DNA of 64,000 bases from a bacterium (GCA_963674965.2 CAXXFL010000003.1:128001-192000), one strand, 5' to 3'; numbered from the stretch's first letter, positions 10,088 through 22,038 are shown. Notes: a model not told the origin generated them from the letters alone. Program-made: numbers and translations.

Positions 10088-12577
10088 TCACTTGTCTTGT
10101 CGGGATGGACCTCGAGCCGGGTCCGGAAGGTATCTGAAGATCACCCAGCGACCGTCGTCGTATAAAGGCTCGAAATGCCCGGGGTCGCGGTATAATTTTC
10201 CCACCGCTTCCGGATGGCCGCAGGCGAACCCCCGCAGTTGATACAAAGGGTCCCGGTTGATTATGACGCCCTTGGCGTTGAAGCGGCCGAGGATTTCTCT
10301 TACTCTTTCCATCTTGGTCCGGTGATCGAAAAACTCGGCCTCGAGGAGCCGCCGCTCGTCCTGGTCGGCCACGCCCGTGCCGGGCTTGTGCTGAACCGCC
10401 ACGAACTGCGGCAAATACGCCGTAAGCCGGTAGCCTGTCCAGGCGTCGGTGAATAAGACGTCGTCTTTGCCGAACCATCCGGACTCCTTTATCGCCTGGA
10501 AGGGAGTAGACTCGTAGATCAGGGTGTCCTTCGGGTACTTTTCGGCTATGGCCATCGACTTCCTTAAAAGGTCGTTGTAATAGGGGACGCCGCTCTTTAT
10601 CCGAGCGCATCCGAAGGCGATCGCCATCGAGAGGCAAAGGGTGAGGGCCACGTGGGCCAGCGGACGCCTGGCCTCCTGGACCACGAGGCTCGCCGCCGCG
10701 TGAACCAGTATGGCCGCGGGCAGGAAGGAGAAAATGGCTCCCAGCCGGAGCAGTCTTCTCAGGTAGCCCATGCTGAAATATTCCGAGAAAAGAGTGGCGA
10801 GGACCGGGTGAAAGCATATGAGGGGAACGGCGACCAGCGCGGCCAGGGCGATGGTGGGACCGTGCTTTCCCGGCCCACCCATCCTGGAGAAGGGCGGAGC
10901 CAGGAAAAAGGCCGGCGCGTTTTTCCTCCTCCTGGATAGATACCAGAGCAGAGGGAGGCCGGCGTAACCGAGAAGGTAAATCGGATAGAAGGTCACGTTG
11001 GGGTTGTCCAGGCTGAGCAGGAAGGGGTTGAGCGTGAACAGACCCGAGGTGATAAAGGACCGGTACGGGTTCCTGCCGAACTGGGCCCAGTTGGTGGCCG
11101 CGTCGATGGCGGACTTCCGGGCCAGAACGTAGGGCGAGGCCACTACCAGACACAGTAACGCGATGGACAGGGCGAGGACGGCCGCGAACCACAGGGAATT
11201 GGACTCTTTGGATCCCCGTTTCCTGTAGGGCCAGACGATGGCCGCCAACAATAGTGAAGGGATTAAAACGAAAAACGCCGCGTAGACCCAGGGAGAAAAA
11301 TCCGCGCCCCCGCCGAGGAGGGGCGTGAACCCTTCCAGGTCCTTTGTATGGGACTTGACCAGGAAATTGGCCAGGGCCAGCGCGAGAGGAGCGGCCATCA
11401 TCGCCGAGACCGCGGCTACTCCGACCTTTTTGCCGCCTTTCCAGGCGGACCCGTAAGCGGTCCACAAGCCCAGTCGTTCAAGCAGGGTAAGGCCGGCGAA
11501 GGAAAGCACGGTGACGTAGAAACACAGTCCCCACAGGACATGCGTTATGGACATGCCCAGGACGGCCAGGGCGAGACCGAAAAATATCTCGAAGAAAAAC
11601 AGGCAGGCCACGCCCCGGGTTTCCATGGTGACGGCGAATAAATGGACGCAGGCGGGAAAGACCAAAAGCCACTGGCTGTCCGCCGGATAAAAGGAGGCCC
11701 GGCCCAGAAAGACGAGTCCGCCGTAAACGACGTGGTAGGAAACGTAGAGGAAGAAAGAGGTCCGGCCCAACTCGACGCCCAAAAGCCGCGAGGCCATGGC
11801 GTAAAAGGCAAGCGCCGCCGCGGGTATGACCGCGAACCCCGATTTCGCGTATAGCTCGATGGGTCCTATCTCGAAGAGCCTGGAGATCATGGCCCACTGC
11901 AGGGCCCAGACGTTGTAGGAGTGGATGGGGTCGGGAGGAGCGTCGGCGTAAGCGAAGTGGGCCAGGGACGCCGCGTTCCAGGCAACGAGCTTGTTAACGG
12001 CCGAGATATAGTTGAAGTAGTCCCAGTCGATCATGGTCCCCCGAAACGACCCGATCCAGGCCGCCGCGGCCGCCAGGAGGACCGTCACCGCCATGACGCC
12101 CAGTTTATTCAATGGTGAGACGGATAAGCCCCTGAGGCCGAGCAGGTAAAACGGGGACTGCGACGCGAGGGCCAGGACGCAAAGGATGCATATGACGGCA
12201 ATCTCGAAGGCCGTCACGAAAGCAAGGCCCACTCCGAAATAGTAGGCGGCCAGTCCCGGAAAGGCCCAGACTCCCATGGACAGGGCCACGCTGAGCGGTA
12301 TCCTTTCCAAAAGGTCGAGCGGCTTATAAGGGAAAAGAAAGCACTCCAGGAACCAGCCTGGCGCGATGAAGAAAAGATAAAAGCCCAAAAGGGCCTTGAT
12401 CTCCCCGGGCGGCCCCAGGTCGAGGAAGGCCACCAGGAGCGCGGGAATAAGGGGCGCTCCTCCCGCCAGCGCCATTAGGGGCCGGGTGGAAAGAGTAAAG
12501 CCTATTCCACCGTCTTTTTTTTCGGGTATCCCCGGCCCGGCGTAATGAAGCGCCGGGCGTTTGGATTTATCCTCCAT
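10088..12577 (-). CDS. Polytopic membrane protein, possibly a GT-C-fold glycosyltransferase
   Basis: 829 aa with many hydrophobic helices, an acidic loop DWDYFNY after the early TMs and a soluble C-terminal domain. Function is inferred. Confidence 0.55.
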   Translation of the reverse strand: MEDKSKRPALHYAGPGIPEKKDGGIGFTLSTRPLMALAGGAPLIPALLVAFLDLGPPGEIKALLGFYLFFIAPGWFLECFLFPYKPLDLLERIPLSVALSMGVWAFPGLAAYYFGVGLAFVTAFEIAVICILCVLALASQSPFYLLGLRGLSVSPLNKLGVMAVTVLLAAAAAWIGSFRGTMIDWDYFNYISAVNKLVAWNAASLAHFAYADAPPDPIHSYNVWALQWAMISRLFEIGPIELYAKSGFAVIPAAALAFYAMASRLLGVELGRTSFFLYVSYHVVYGGLVFLGRASFYPADSQWLLVFPACVHLFAVTMETRGVACLFFFEIFFGLALAVLGMSITHVLWGLCFYVTVLSFAGLTLLERLGLWTAYGSAWKGGKKVGVAAVSAMMAAPLALALANFLVKSHTKDLEGFTPLLGGGADFSPWVYAAFFVLIPSLLLAAIVWPYRKRGSKESNSLWFAAVLALSIALLCLVVASPYVLARKSAIDAATNWAQFGRNPYRSFITSGLFTLNPFLLSLDNPNVTFYPIYLLGYAGLPLLWYLSRRRKNAPAFFLAPPFSRMGGPGKHGPTIALAALVAVPLICFHPVLATLFSEYFSMGYLRRLLRLGAIFSFLPAAILVHAAASLVVQEARRPLAHVALTLCLSMAIAFGCARIKSGVPYYNDLLRKSMAIAEKYPKDTLIYESTPFQAIKESGWFGKDDVLFTDAWTGYRLTAYLPQFVAVQHKPGTGVADQDERRLLEAEFFDHRTKMERVREILGRFNAKGVIINRDPLYQLRGFACGHPEAVGKLYRDPGHFEPLYDDGRWVIFRYLPDPARGPSRQDK

Positions 12578-12657
12578 GCTCGAAGCTCGGCTCCATGTTC
12601 GTGGATGATATTGTCCCTTTATTCATTGCTTGATCCACGCTCCATATCTTTTTGTCC

Positions 12658-13952
12658 TTATTTTTTGAAACGCATGGACACGGAAAGGGAGTGGGCCAGA
12701 AGCCCCTCGATCTCGGCGAAGCGCTCGACGGGACCGGCGATGGACTCGAGCGCCTTTTTCGAGAGCGTGGTCACGGTCTGGGTCTTCATGAAGTCGGACA
12801 CCCCGAGGGGGGAACTGAACCTGGCCGTTCCGCCTGTGGGCAGGACGTGGTTGGCCCCCGCCATGTAGTCCCCCGCGGGGGCCGGCGAATATGGGCCCAT
12901 GAAAACGCTGCCCGCGTTCTTGATCCTGGCGAGAAAGCGGCGAGGCGATTCCATCATGATCTCGAGGTGCTCCGGCGCGATGAGGTTTACGACCTCGGCC
13001 GCTCCCTCCTCGTCGCGAGCGATCACGGTGAAGATGGACTGGGCCGAGCTCTTGAGGCCCTCGTTGACCGCGCCCAGGGTTTTGACCACCGACTGGAGCT
13101 CGACTTCCACCCTTTCGGCCAGCTTGGGGGAGGTGGTTACGAGGACGGCGGATGAGTCTCCACCGTGCTCGGCCTGGGCCGCCATGTCCAGGGCGATGAG
13201 CCCGGCGTCGGCTTTGGCGTCGGCCGCCACCGCCACCTCGCTGGGACCGGCGATCGAGTCGATGCCGCACATGCCCCTCGAGTGGGCGATCACCTTGGCG
13301 GCGGTGACCCATATGCTTCCCGGCCCCACGATCTTGTCGACCCTGGGGACCGAGCTCGAGCCCGAGGCCAGGGCCGCCACTCCCTGCACTCCTCCCACCT
13401 TATGCACCGAGTCCACGCCGGCTATGCCCGCGGCCGCCAAAACGTGCGGACTCGAGACGCCGCCGGGCCAGGGGCTGATCATGACCAGCTTTGACACGCC
13501 CGCCAGCCTGGCGGGGATGGCGGTCATCAGGACCGTCGAGGCCAGGGGAAAACGTCCGCCCGGCACGCACAGGCCCACCCGCTCGATGGGCAGGAAGCGC
13601 TCCTCGATGACCGTGCCGTCGCCGCCGTTATATTTCGTGTTCGCCGGTTTTTGCGTCTGGTGGAAGGCCTTGATCCGGCGGGCCGCCAGCCGCATGACCT
13701 TGAGGTCGGATGGACCCACGGCGTCCATGGCCCTTTTAATCTCGTCCCCCGTCACCCTGGTCCGTCCGGGGTATATCTCATGGGACTCGAGCTCGCGTGT
13801 CCACCTGGCGAGGGACTTGTCGCCGCCGCGCTCGACGTCCTTGAATATCTCGTCCGCCCTCTCCATGACCTCGGCGGGAATTTCCTGGGCGGTCCTAAGC
13901 AGGCGAAGGAGCTTTTCGTCGAAGCCCGGGTCCTTTTGGATTAGCGTCAGCA

Positions 13953-13953
<1 letters not shown>
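12658..13953 (-). CDS. hisD: Histidinol dehydrogenase
   Basis: VPGG, DKIVGPG, AGPSEV, QAEH, APEHLE, GDYMAGANHVLPT and EGLLAH. The ATG at 13953 overlaps the murA stop (TAATG). Confidence 0.95.
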
Positions 13954-15224
<1,271 letters not shown>

Positions 15225-15339
15225 ATATCGTCTCCCGTGGTTACTTCTTCACTAATCCGAGAATCCAGGATATCCGGTCTTTGGCGCCTCCACAAGAAGG
15301 ACCGGCCATGAAAGGACCGGCCGCGGGCCATGTTCCCGT

Positions 15340-16236
15340 TCACGCTCGTCGAAAAATTACTATCCTCGGGATGCCCTGCAGATCGTTCCTGATCTTTTCC
15401 AGGACCAGGCCCTTGCCGGCCAGCGCTCCCATGGCTTTCTCCTGGCCCTCGCCTATCTCGAGGAAAAGCCTTCCTCCCGGCCTCAGCATGGGCGGGGTTT
15501 CTTCAGCCAGGCGCCGGATGAAATCGAGACCTTCCTCTCCCCCGTCCAGCGCCAGCCGGGGCTCGTGGTCCCGGACCTCCGGCTGCAGCTCGGCGATCGT
15601 GGCGGAGGGCACGTAGGGGGGGTTGCAGGTGATATGGTCAAAGGGCGCCAGGTCGGCGGCCGCCTCGAGTCCGTCGCCCGCGAGAAACCTTATCCTGTCC
15701 GCCAGGCCCAGGGCGGCCGCGTTTTTCGTTACGGCCTCCCCCGCCGTCGGGTCGAGGTCCACGGCGACGGCCTCGACCAGGGGAAGAGCGTGGAGTATGG
15801 CCAGGGGTATGGCGCCCGTGCCGGTCCCGATATCCAGGATGACCCTGCCTTTCAGCTCGGCCTTTTTCAGGACGGCCAATACCTCGTCCACCAGGAGCTC
15901 GGTCTCGGGCCGGGGAATGAAGCGGCCGGCGGGAACGGACAGGGTTATATCGTGGAATTCCTTGAATCCCAGGATATAGGCGGCGGGTTCCCGGTTTCTT
16001 CTTCTTTTCACCGCCTGGCGGAACCTGGCCAGGCCCTCCTCCCCGGGCAGTTCCTCATAGCGGGTGTATAGCTCCACCCTCTTCATGGAAAGGCTGTGGG
16101 CAAGCAGAATCTCCGCGTCCAGGCGAGGGGAGTCGATCCCCTTTTCCCTGAAGTCGGCCTCCGCCCATTTCAGCAGCTCCCCCACCGTCCATTCGCCCGG
16201 GCGGGGCCGCGCTGACCGGTCATCGGTTTGGGTCAT
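15340..16236 (-). CDS. prmC: Release factor glutamine methyltransferase (HemK)
   Basis: PRLDAEILL, IPRPETE, DIGTGTG, NPPY and EPRLALDGG. Confidence 0.95.
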   Translation of the reverse strand: MTQTDDRSARPRPGEWTVGELLKWAEADFREKGIDSPRLDAEILLAHSLSMKRVELYTRYEELPGEEGLARFRQAVKRRRNREPAAYILGFKEFHDITLSVPAGRFIPRPETELLVDEVLAVLKKAELKGRVILDIGTGTGAIPLAILHALPLVEAVAVDLDPTAGEAVTKNAAALGLADRIRFLAGDGLEAAADLAPFDHITCNPPYVPSATIAELQPEVRDHEPRLALDGGEEGLDFIRRLAEETPPMLRPGGRLFLEIGEGQEKAMGALAGKGLVLEKIRNDLQGIPRIVIFRRA

Positions 16237-16277
16237 GACTTGGCCTCGCGGAGCGCGCGCGGAAATCCGGGGACCCA

Positions 16278-16315
16278 ATAAAAAGAACGACGCCCGGCCA
16301 TGCTCGTCGGGCGTC
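16278..16315 (-). terminator. Probable intrinsic terminator downstream of the porin pair
   Basis: Minus strand GACGCCCGAC-loop-GCCGGGCGTC hairpin followed by GTTCTTTTT. Confidence 0.6.
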
Positions 16316-16338
16316 GCGAGATTTCGACGTGGTCCGGA

Positions 16339-17550
16339 TTATTGCCAGACCTGGACCTGGATAAGGAGAAGGTCATTGTCCTGGGCCGCGAATTGCGGGT
16401 TATAACCGGGAGCGCTCGGGTCGGCCGCGGGGGAGCCGACGCTGATATCGTTGGCGTCCTCCTGCTTGAACACGTAGTTGAGCGAGAGCTCCGCTCCCTG
16501 GGCGAATCTCCAGTTGGCGCCGAGGGTTAGCCAGTTCGCCTTGTCGTTGAGGCTGGTGGGCACGGTGGGACCGTCCTTGGAGTCGGGATCGAGCTCCTCG
16601 TAGCGGGCCAGCAGTTCCAACTCCGGCATGAGCCAGTATCCGACCGTTACCTGCCATCCGTACCAGCCCACGTCGGCGTATTCTCCATTCACGTCGAGCT
16701 GGCCGTCGGCGATGATGCCGGTGGCGTAGTCGGCCGTTACCTCGAGGTTGTTGGCCGAGTAGGAGCCGTACATATACCACAGGGTCAGGGTTCGAAGCTC
16801 GACGTCTCCGGTGGACGGGTATCCCTGATCGTAGTCCTCCCCCCAGTAGGCGGCCGAGACCGAAAGCTCGTCGTTGGGGGAGAAGGTGAAGATCACGCTG
16901 GTGGCGTTGGCGACGTTCTGGTCGTTTTGCGCCATGCCGCCGGGCATGATCCCGTTCCAGAAACCGACGTCGAGTTGGACCATATAGGGAGGGGTGACGG
17001 TAATGTTGACGCCCGCGTTTTGCCAGGTCGAGAGGTCCCTGGCGACGGGCATGTTCCCGAACAGGGCCGTGGTCATTCTCGATCCGTTATTGAGGAGGGG
17101 ATACTGGATCAGGTCCATGTCGTTGACCCTCCTGGGCATATAGTTGGTGATATTGGGGATGAAGGTCCCCAGCTTGACGTCGGTCCACGGGACAATCTTG
17201 GAGAAGGTCATGGAAACCTGGCGCACGCCGATGGTTCCCACCTCTCCCGGGTTGGGCCTTCCGGCCAATCCTCCCGCCTGGGTCTCGCTCGAGTAGGTGG
17301 CGGCCAGCTCGACGTTATAGGAGAGGTTGTCCGCCAGCACTCCGTCAAGGGTGACGTCCACGAGGGAGGTGGTGAAATCGTCGCGCCCGGGCCAGGCGGT
17401 CTCGGAATCCCGCTGGGAATATCCCCACAGCCACTTGACCGCCGCGCCGAGTTGAATCTTGCCCGCCTCGGTCCGTACGTCCTGGGCCGCGGCCGGCAGG
17501 CAGACGAACAAGGCCAGAAAAACGACGGCGCCGTATTTGTAAAACTTCAT
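16339..17550 (-). CDS. Outer-membrane beta-barrel / porin-like protein (paralog 1)
   Basis: Signal peptide, alternating aromatic/hydrophobic strands, ARYEELDP and the C-terminal strand LLIQVQVWQ. Confidence 0.75.
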   Translation of the reverse strand: MKFYKYGAVVFLALFVCLPAAAQDVRTEAGKIQLGAAVKWLWGYSQRDSETAWPGRDDFTTSLVDVTLDGVLADNLSYNVELAATYSSETQAGGLAGRPNPGEVGTIGVRQVSMTFSKIVPWTDVKLGTFIPNITNYMPRRVNDMDLIQYPLLNNGSRMTTALFGNMPVARDLSTWQNAGVNITVTPPYMVQLDVGFWNGIMPGGMAQNDQNVANATSVIFTFSPNDELSVSAAYWGEDYDQGYPSTGDVELRTLTLWYMYGSYSANNLEVTADYATGIIADGQLDVNGEYADVGWYGWQVTVGYWLMPELELLARYEELDPDSKDGPTVPTSLNDKANWLTLGANWRFAQGAELSLNYVFKQEDANDISVGSPAADPSAPGYNPQFAAQDNDLLLIQVQVWQ

Positions 17551-17635
17551 TTTATCCTCCTGATTGGAACTATATAATTATCCGACTAGCGGCGGGCCTG
17601 TCAAATTCCCCCTTGAATCGAACAAATATCCCGGC

Positions 17636-18817
17636 TTACTGCCATACCTGGAGCTGGACCCTGAAGTAGTCGTTGTTAACGTCCTGAAAGCGTCCCCCCA
17701 CTCTTCCCTTGTAAACGTCCGCCTTGTCTCCCTCTTCCACGGGCATGACGAAGTTCACCGACATATCGGCGTGATCGTTGATACCATAGGTAAGTCCAGC
17801 CGTCCATCTCGTTATCTGGTCGAAGCGGCTCCTCGAGAAGGTGTCCTCCCTGTCCGCGTCGTTGGGATCGATCCATTCCCAGCGAAGAAGAACGGTCCAG
17901 GCGTCGAAAAAGCGCCATCCCAGGTCCGCGTGGCCCCCGATGGACCTCAAGTCCATCCTGTCCCCGCTCATGGTCGTCTGGTAATCGCTCAGTATCAGGT
18001 CGGTCCACTCGAAGGTCGCCCATATCCGGTCGACGCTTACCCTGGCCCCGCCGATCCAGGCGTCGGCGTCGAGTTCCTCCGGCTGGTTCCCGCCGCTTAC
18101 GTCCTCTTCAAAGTCCTCGTGCATGTAGGAGCCCCAGAAGGACACCGGGCCGGAGCCCAGCTCGATACGGCAGCCCCAGGCCTTGCCCTTGTCCAATCCG
18201 CCGCCGAAAGTCTCCGGCTCGGAGTTGGCGTTTCCATCCGGCATGTAACCGTTGAGATAGAAAAAGGAGGTCTGAATCCATTCGGCGGGATGGAAAATAT
18301 ATTCGGCCCCCGCGTTTTGCCAGCCCATGGACCGGAAGGCTTCGTCGGTGTGGATGAGGGGCAGGTCCACGAAGTCCCAGGAGCGGGCGGGCGCGTCCTG
18401 GTAATATCCCCACCCCGGCCTGAAGGTACCCACTCTGATGGTGGAATAAGGCACGAGATCGACCAGGTCTATTACCGCCGTCCTGACTCCCACCGTTCCC
18501 ATCTCGAAGGGGGAACTCTCGACCGTTTGGCCCTCGCCCGTGATGGGATCGAGATACAAGCTCTGGTTGGCCACGAGCTCGATCTCGTAACGGACGTTGT
18601 CCCCGAGCTCGCCGGCGAGGTCGATGCCCACCCACCGGAGTCCGCCCTCGGATATGCCGTCAACCCCGCTTTGCTCGTTTTCGTCCCTGTGGGTGTAAAC
18701 GGCCTTGATTAGCACGCCGATCTGGATTACGCCTTGCTCGACCGACGCCGGCTCGGCCGCGGCCGTTCGGGTCAGAAAAAGGGCCAGAAGCAGAGCGGCC
18801 AGTATGGTTCTGGTCAT
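17636..18817 (-). CDS. Outer-membrane beta-barrel / porin-like protein (paralog 2)
   Basis: Signal peptide. Shares GTVGVR, WQNAG, RWEWIDP and the C-terminal QLQVWQ with its neighbour. Confidence 0.75.
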   Translation of the reverse strand: MTRTILAALLLALFLTRTAAAEPASVEQGVIQIGVLIKAVYTHRDENEQSGVDGISEGGLRWVGIDLAGELGDNVRYEIELVANQSLYLDPITGEGQTVESSPFEMGTVGVRTAVIDLVDLVPYSTIRVGTFRPGWGYYQDAPARSWDFVDLPLIHTDEAFRSMGWQNAGAEYIFHPAEWIQTSFFYLNGYMPDGNANSEPETFGGGLDKGKAWGCRIELGSGPVSFWGSYMHEDFEEDVSGGNQPEELDADAWIGGARVSVDRIWATFEWTDLILSDYQTTMSGDRMDLRSIGGHADLGWRFFDAWTVLLRWEWIDPNDADREDTFSRSRFDQITRWTAGLTYGINDHADMSVNFVMPVEEGDKADVYKGRVGGRFQDVNNDYFRVQLQVWQ

Positions 18818-18839
18818 GGAGAAGTATCCTCCCTTATTC

Positions 18840-19862
18840 TTACTCGCCGGCGGCTTTGCCTTCCTCTTTGGGGGAGGAGGGCTTGCCCGGCTTGCTCAGA
18901 CATTTTAACACGAATTTCTCGACCGAGTCCGCGTCGTAAATCCTGACGTCCGCCGGAAGACGGCCGAGGGGTATCTCCGCGCGGGCGGCCGATTTGTGTC
19001 CTCCCGCGCTCCCGTACTCCGAAAAGTGTATATTGGCGATCTTGCCGGCGTCGCGTCTCATGCTTCGAGACCTGAAGATTATTACCAGTTTTTCCATGCT
19101 GAAGCACGAGATGGCCACGAACTGTATCCCGGAGACGCGCACGAAGAAGTCGGCCAGAATGACCGCGATGTCGGGAGAATCGGGGGCCCCCACGTGGATA
19201 ACGGCCCGCCTCGAGACCACCTCGAGCCGGTGGAGCGCGAAGTCGAGGTATTGGAGCTGCTTATAAGGTATTTCCGCCTGCTCGATGAGCCGGAGCACCC
19301 TGTAGTTTACCTTGGGAAAAAGCTTGGAAAAGGCCAGAGCGTCCGCTTTGGTCACGTGCCTTTGAAAATGGTCGGTGTCGGTGATGATGCCGTAACAAAG
19401 GGCGGTGGCCATGCCGGCCCCGATCCGTATCTTTGCCCTCTCAAGATATCCGGTCATCATGGTGCTGGTGGCTCCCATGTCAGGCCGGATATCGGCGTAG
19501 CCGTACTCGAAACCGGGAGAGATGGGATGGTGGTCTATTACGAAGTCCCAGCGGGGAACGGACACCTCGGGAAACTGGTTGGCCTGGCCGTCGACGAGGC
19601 AAAGACAATTGTATCCGGAGAACATGCCCTCCTTGTATTGGACGGTGGGAATCCGCAACAGCTTGACCATGCTGCGGTTTTCCAGGCGCTTGATGCTCTC
19701 GTGGATCACCACGTCGGCCGCGCTTTTGTTCTTTTTGAATAAATGGACCAAAGCCCAGGCGCTGGCCAGGGAGTCGGGGTCCGGATGAATTAATATGGCG
19801 GCCTTTTTATCCGGACCCAGGTGGGGTTTCAGTTTATCGTAGTATCCTTCCGGCACGGCCAT
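18840..19862 (-). CDS. DHH/DHHA1 family phosphoesterase (NrnA-like)
   Basis: HPDPDS, VDG, IDHH, TDT and the C-terminal AGGH. Confidence 0.88.
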   Translation of the reverse strand: MAVPEGYYDKLKPHLGPDKKAAILIHPDPDSLASAWALVHLFKKNKSAADVVIHESIKRLENRSMVKLLRIPTVQYKEGMFSGYNCLCLVDGQANQFPEVSVPRWDFVIDHHPISPGFEYGYADIRPDMGATSTMMTGYLERAKIRIGAGMATALCYGIITDTDHFQRHVTKADALAFSKLFPKVNYRVLRLIEQAEIPYKQLQYLDFALHRLEVVSRRAVIHVGAPDSPDIAVILADFFVRVSGIQFVAISCFSMEKLVIIFRSRSMRRDAGKIANIHFSEYGSAGGHKSAARAEIPLGRLPADVRIYDADSVEKFVLKCLSKPGKPSSPKEEGKAAGE

Positions 19863-19922
19863 ATCATATACTTAAGTCATTCACCCCGCAAACGGGAAGG
19901 CCCCCCACTCCCGTCGGCGGCT

Positions 19923-20465
19923 TTATTGGCCGAAGGTCTCGGCCAGCGACTCCTCGTATTGCTCGAGCACCCGGTCGCTGAAAAGGACCATGGTCACCCG
20001 ATCGAGTTTTCCCGGGTTCTTCTCCAGGAAATCGGATATGGCCTTCAGGGCCAGGCGGGAGGCCTTGTCCGCGGGAAAGCCGTAGGCCCCGGTCGAGACG
20101 CTGGGAAAGGCCACGGTCCTGGCCCCGTTTTCAACGGCCACCTCCAGGCTTCGCCGGTACGAGGAAGTTAAGGTGGACTCCTCGTTATTGCCCCCGCCGC
20201 GCCAGATGGGTCCCACCGTGTGGATTACCCACCGGGCCGGCAGGCGCCCGGCCCCGGTAATCTTGGCGTCGCCCGGCCGGCATCCGCCCAGCTTTTTGCA
20301 CTCGGCCAGAATCTCGGGGCCTCCGGCGCCATGTATGGCCCCGTCCACTCCCCCGCCGCCGAGGAGGGAGGAATTGGCCGCGTTCACGATGGCGTCGGCC
20401 TCTTCCCTGGTGAGGTCCCCCTTCTTCAGGGCAAGGACCGATTCCCCGATCTTTATCTCCCTCAT
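19923..20465 (-). CDS. ymdB: Macro-domain O-acetyl-ADP-ribose deacetylase (YmdB-like)
   Basis: GDLT, IVNAANSSLLGGGGVDGAIH, VIHTVGP and STGAYGFP. Confidence 0.92.
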   Translation of the reverse strand: MREIKIGESVLALKKGDLTREEADAIVNAANSSLLGGGGVDGAIHGAGGPEILAECKKLGGCRPGDAKITGAGRLPARWVIHTVGPIWRGGGNNEESTLTSSYRRSLEVAVENGARTVAFPSVSTGAYGFPADKASRLALKAISDFLEKNPGKLDRVTMVLFSDRVLEQYEESLAETFGQ

Positions 20466-20485
20466 GCGTTCCTCCCGTTGGCGCG

Positions 20486-21226
20486 CTACTTGTCCTCGGG
20501 CCGCTCGATTTCGAGCTTTTTCCCTATGGCCTTCTCGACGGCGGCCTTGAGGGAAGCGTCGGAATAGCCCGTCATGGTCCCGTTGACGTAGAAGGTCGGC
20601 GTGCCGTCGACGCCCAGGTCCTTTCCCATCTCCACGCGCTTTTTTATCTTTTCAGAGTGTACTCCCTCGCTTAAGGCTTTTTCCATTTTTTCCTTGTCAA
20701 GGCCCAGGGAGGGGCAGGCCTCGAGGATTTTCTTTCTGATCGTCTTGATTTGATTCTCAAGGTTCTGGACGCTTCCCGGCCTTCCATGAGGGAAGAGGTC
20801 TTCCTGGTTCTCGAAGACCCAGGCCTGGAACTCCCAGAACTTTCCCTGCTCCTGGGCCTCGGCCGCGGCCTCGTGGGCGGTCATGGAATAAGGATGGAAG
20901 GCGAAAGCGTCGGGCATGGTGGTTGTAAGGGGCCGGTCCATCCAGACGAGCCGGACCTCCTCGGGGGCGGCCTTCCAGTAAGACTCGGCGATCTTGGCCA
21001 TGCGGGCGCAATAGGGGCACTGGAAATCGGAGAACTCCACTATCACGGCCTTGGCGTCATTGGGCCCCTTGGCGGGGCAAGTCGGGTCGAAAAGCAACTC
21101 GTCCGGGACCTTCCCGTCGCCTCCGGCTTTTTCCTTGGTTGACCCGGACCGCGATATAAGCGTCCCCGAGGCTATAAGAAAACAAACGAGAAGGGCCGTG
21201 GCCCAAACTTTTCCATTGACCTTCAT
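20486..21226 (-). CDS. DsbA-family thioredoxin-fold protein
   Basis: EFSDFQCPYC, QGKFWE, cis-Pro GTPTF and an N-terminal anchor. Confidence 0.9.
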   Translation of the reverse strand: MKVNGKVWATALLVCFLIASGTLISRSGSTKEKAGGDGKVPDELLFDPTCPAKGPNDAKAVIVEFSDFQCPYCARMAKIAESYWKAAPEEVRLVWMDRPLTTTMPDAFAFHPYSMTAHEAAAEAQEQGKFWEFQAWVFENQEDLFPHGRPGSVQNLENQIKTIRKKILEACPSLGLDKEKMEKALSEGVHSEKIKKRVEMGKDLGVDGTPTFYVNGTMTGYSDASLKAAVEKAIGKKLEIERPEDK

Positions 21227-21228
21227 TA

Positions 21229-22002
21229 TTATTCCTCCTCCATGATAGAGACCATTTCATCGTGAATAAGCCCGTTGGTGGCCAGCATTTTTTTCGAGTA
21301 TATGTCGGTGGAGGCGCCGGAAAGGCCGGTCCATTTGCCCCCCGCTTCCTCGAGGATCAGGGTCCCGGCGGCCACGTCCCATGCGTTGAGGCCTATTTCC
21401 CAGAACCCGTCGAACCTTCCCGCGGCCACGTAGCAAAGATCGAGGGCCGCGCTGCCGTCCCTCCTCAGGGACTGGGCCTCGGGCAGCACCTTGAGGTAGG
21501 GCTGGAGGGTCCTCTCGAGCATCTCCCCCTTGTGATAGGAAAAGCCGGTGCAGACGAGGGAATCCTCGACCTTGCCGGTCTTGCTGACTCGAATCCTTTC
21601 ATCGTTAAGGAAGGCGCCCTCTCCCCGTATGGCGTGGAAGGTCTCGCCCGCGGCCTCGTCCCGGACCAGGCCGACCTTGACTTCGCCCTTTACCGCCAGG
21701 GCGATGGAAACGCAAAACCTCTTGTAGCCGTGGGCGTAGTTGGTGGTCCCGTCCAACGGGTCCACTATCCAAAGGTAATCCGAGCCGCCTCCCGACTCGC
21801 CTCCCTCCTCGGCCAGGAAGTCATGGCCGGGAAAGCGACTCGAGATCAAGTCCAGGATTACCTTCTCGCATTTGATATCCACCTCGGTAACGAGATTGGA
21901 CCGGCCCTTGAAGTTGATCTGGAAGGACCGGTTAAGGCTTTCCATTTGGATGGCTCCCGCTTTCGCCGCGGCCTCCCTGGCCGCTTCCAGGTACTGGTTC
22001 AT
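21229..22002 (-). CDS. suhB: Inositol monophosphatase family protein (SuhB)
   Basis: WIVDPLDGTTNYAHG, GSAALDLCYVAAGRFDG and WDVAAG. Confidence 0.92.
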   Translation of the reverse strand: MNQYLEAAREAAAKAGAIQMESLNRSFQINFKGRSNLVTEVDIKCEKVILDLISSRFPGHDFLAEEGGESGGGSDYLWIVDPLDGTTNYAHGYKRFCVSIALAVKGEVKVGLVRDEAAGETFHAIRGEGAFLNDERIRVSKTGKVEDSLVCTGFSYHKGEMLERTLQPYLKVLPEAQSLRRDGSAALDLCYVAAGRFDGFWEIGLNAWDVAAGTLILEEAGGKWTGLSGASTDIYSKKMLATNGLIHDEMVSIMEEE

Positions 22003-22038
22003 ATCAGGGTCCCTTCACTTCGAGCGTTGACGTCAGTT

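Noticed and set aside
18840-20465. Macro + DHH as an anti-phage or toxin-antitoxin system
   Set aside because: Both look like ordinary housekeeping family members, and no ADP-ribosyltransferase, sirtuin or effector is adjacent.
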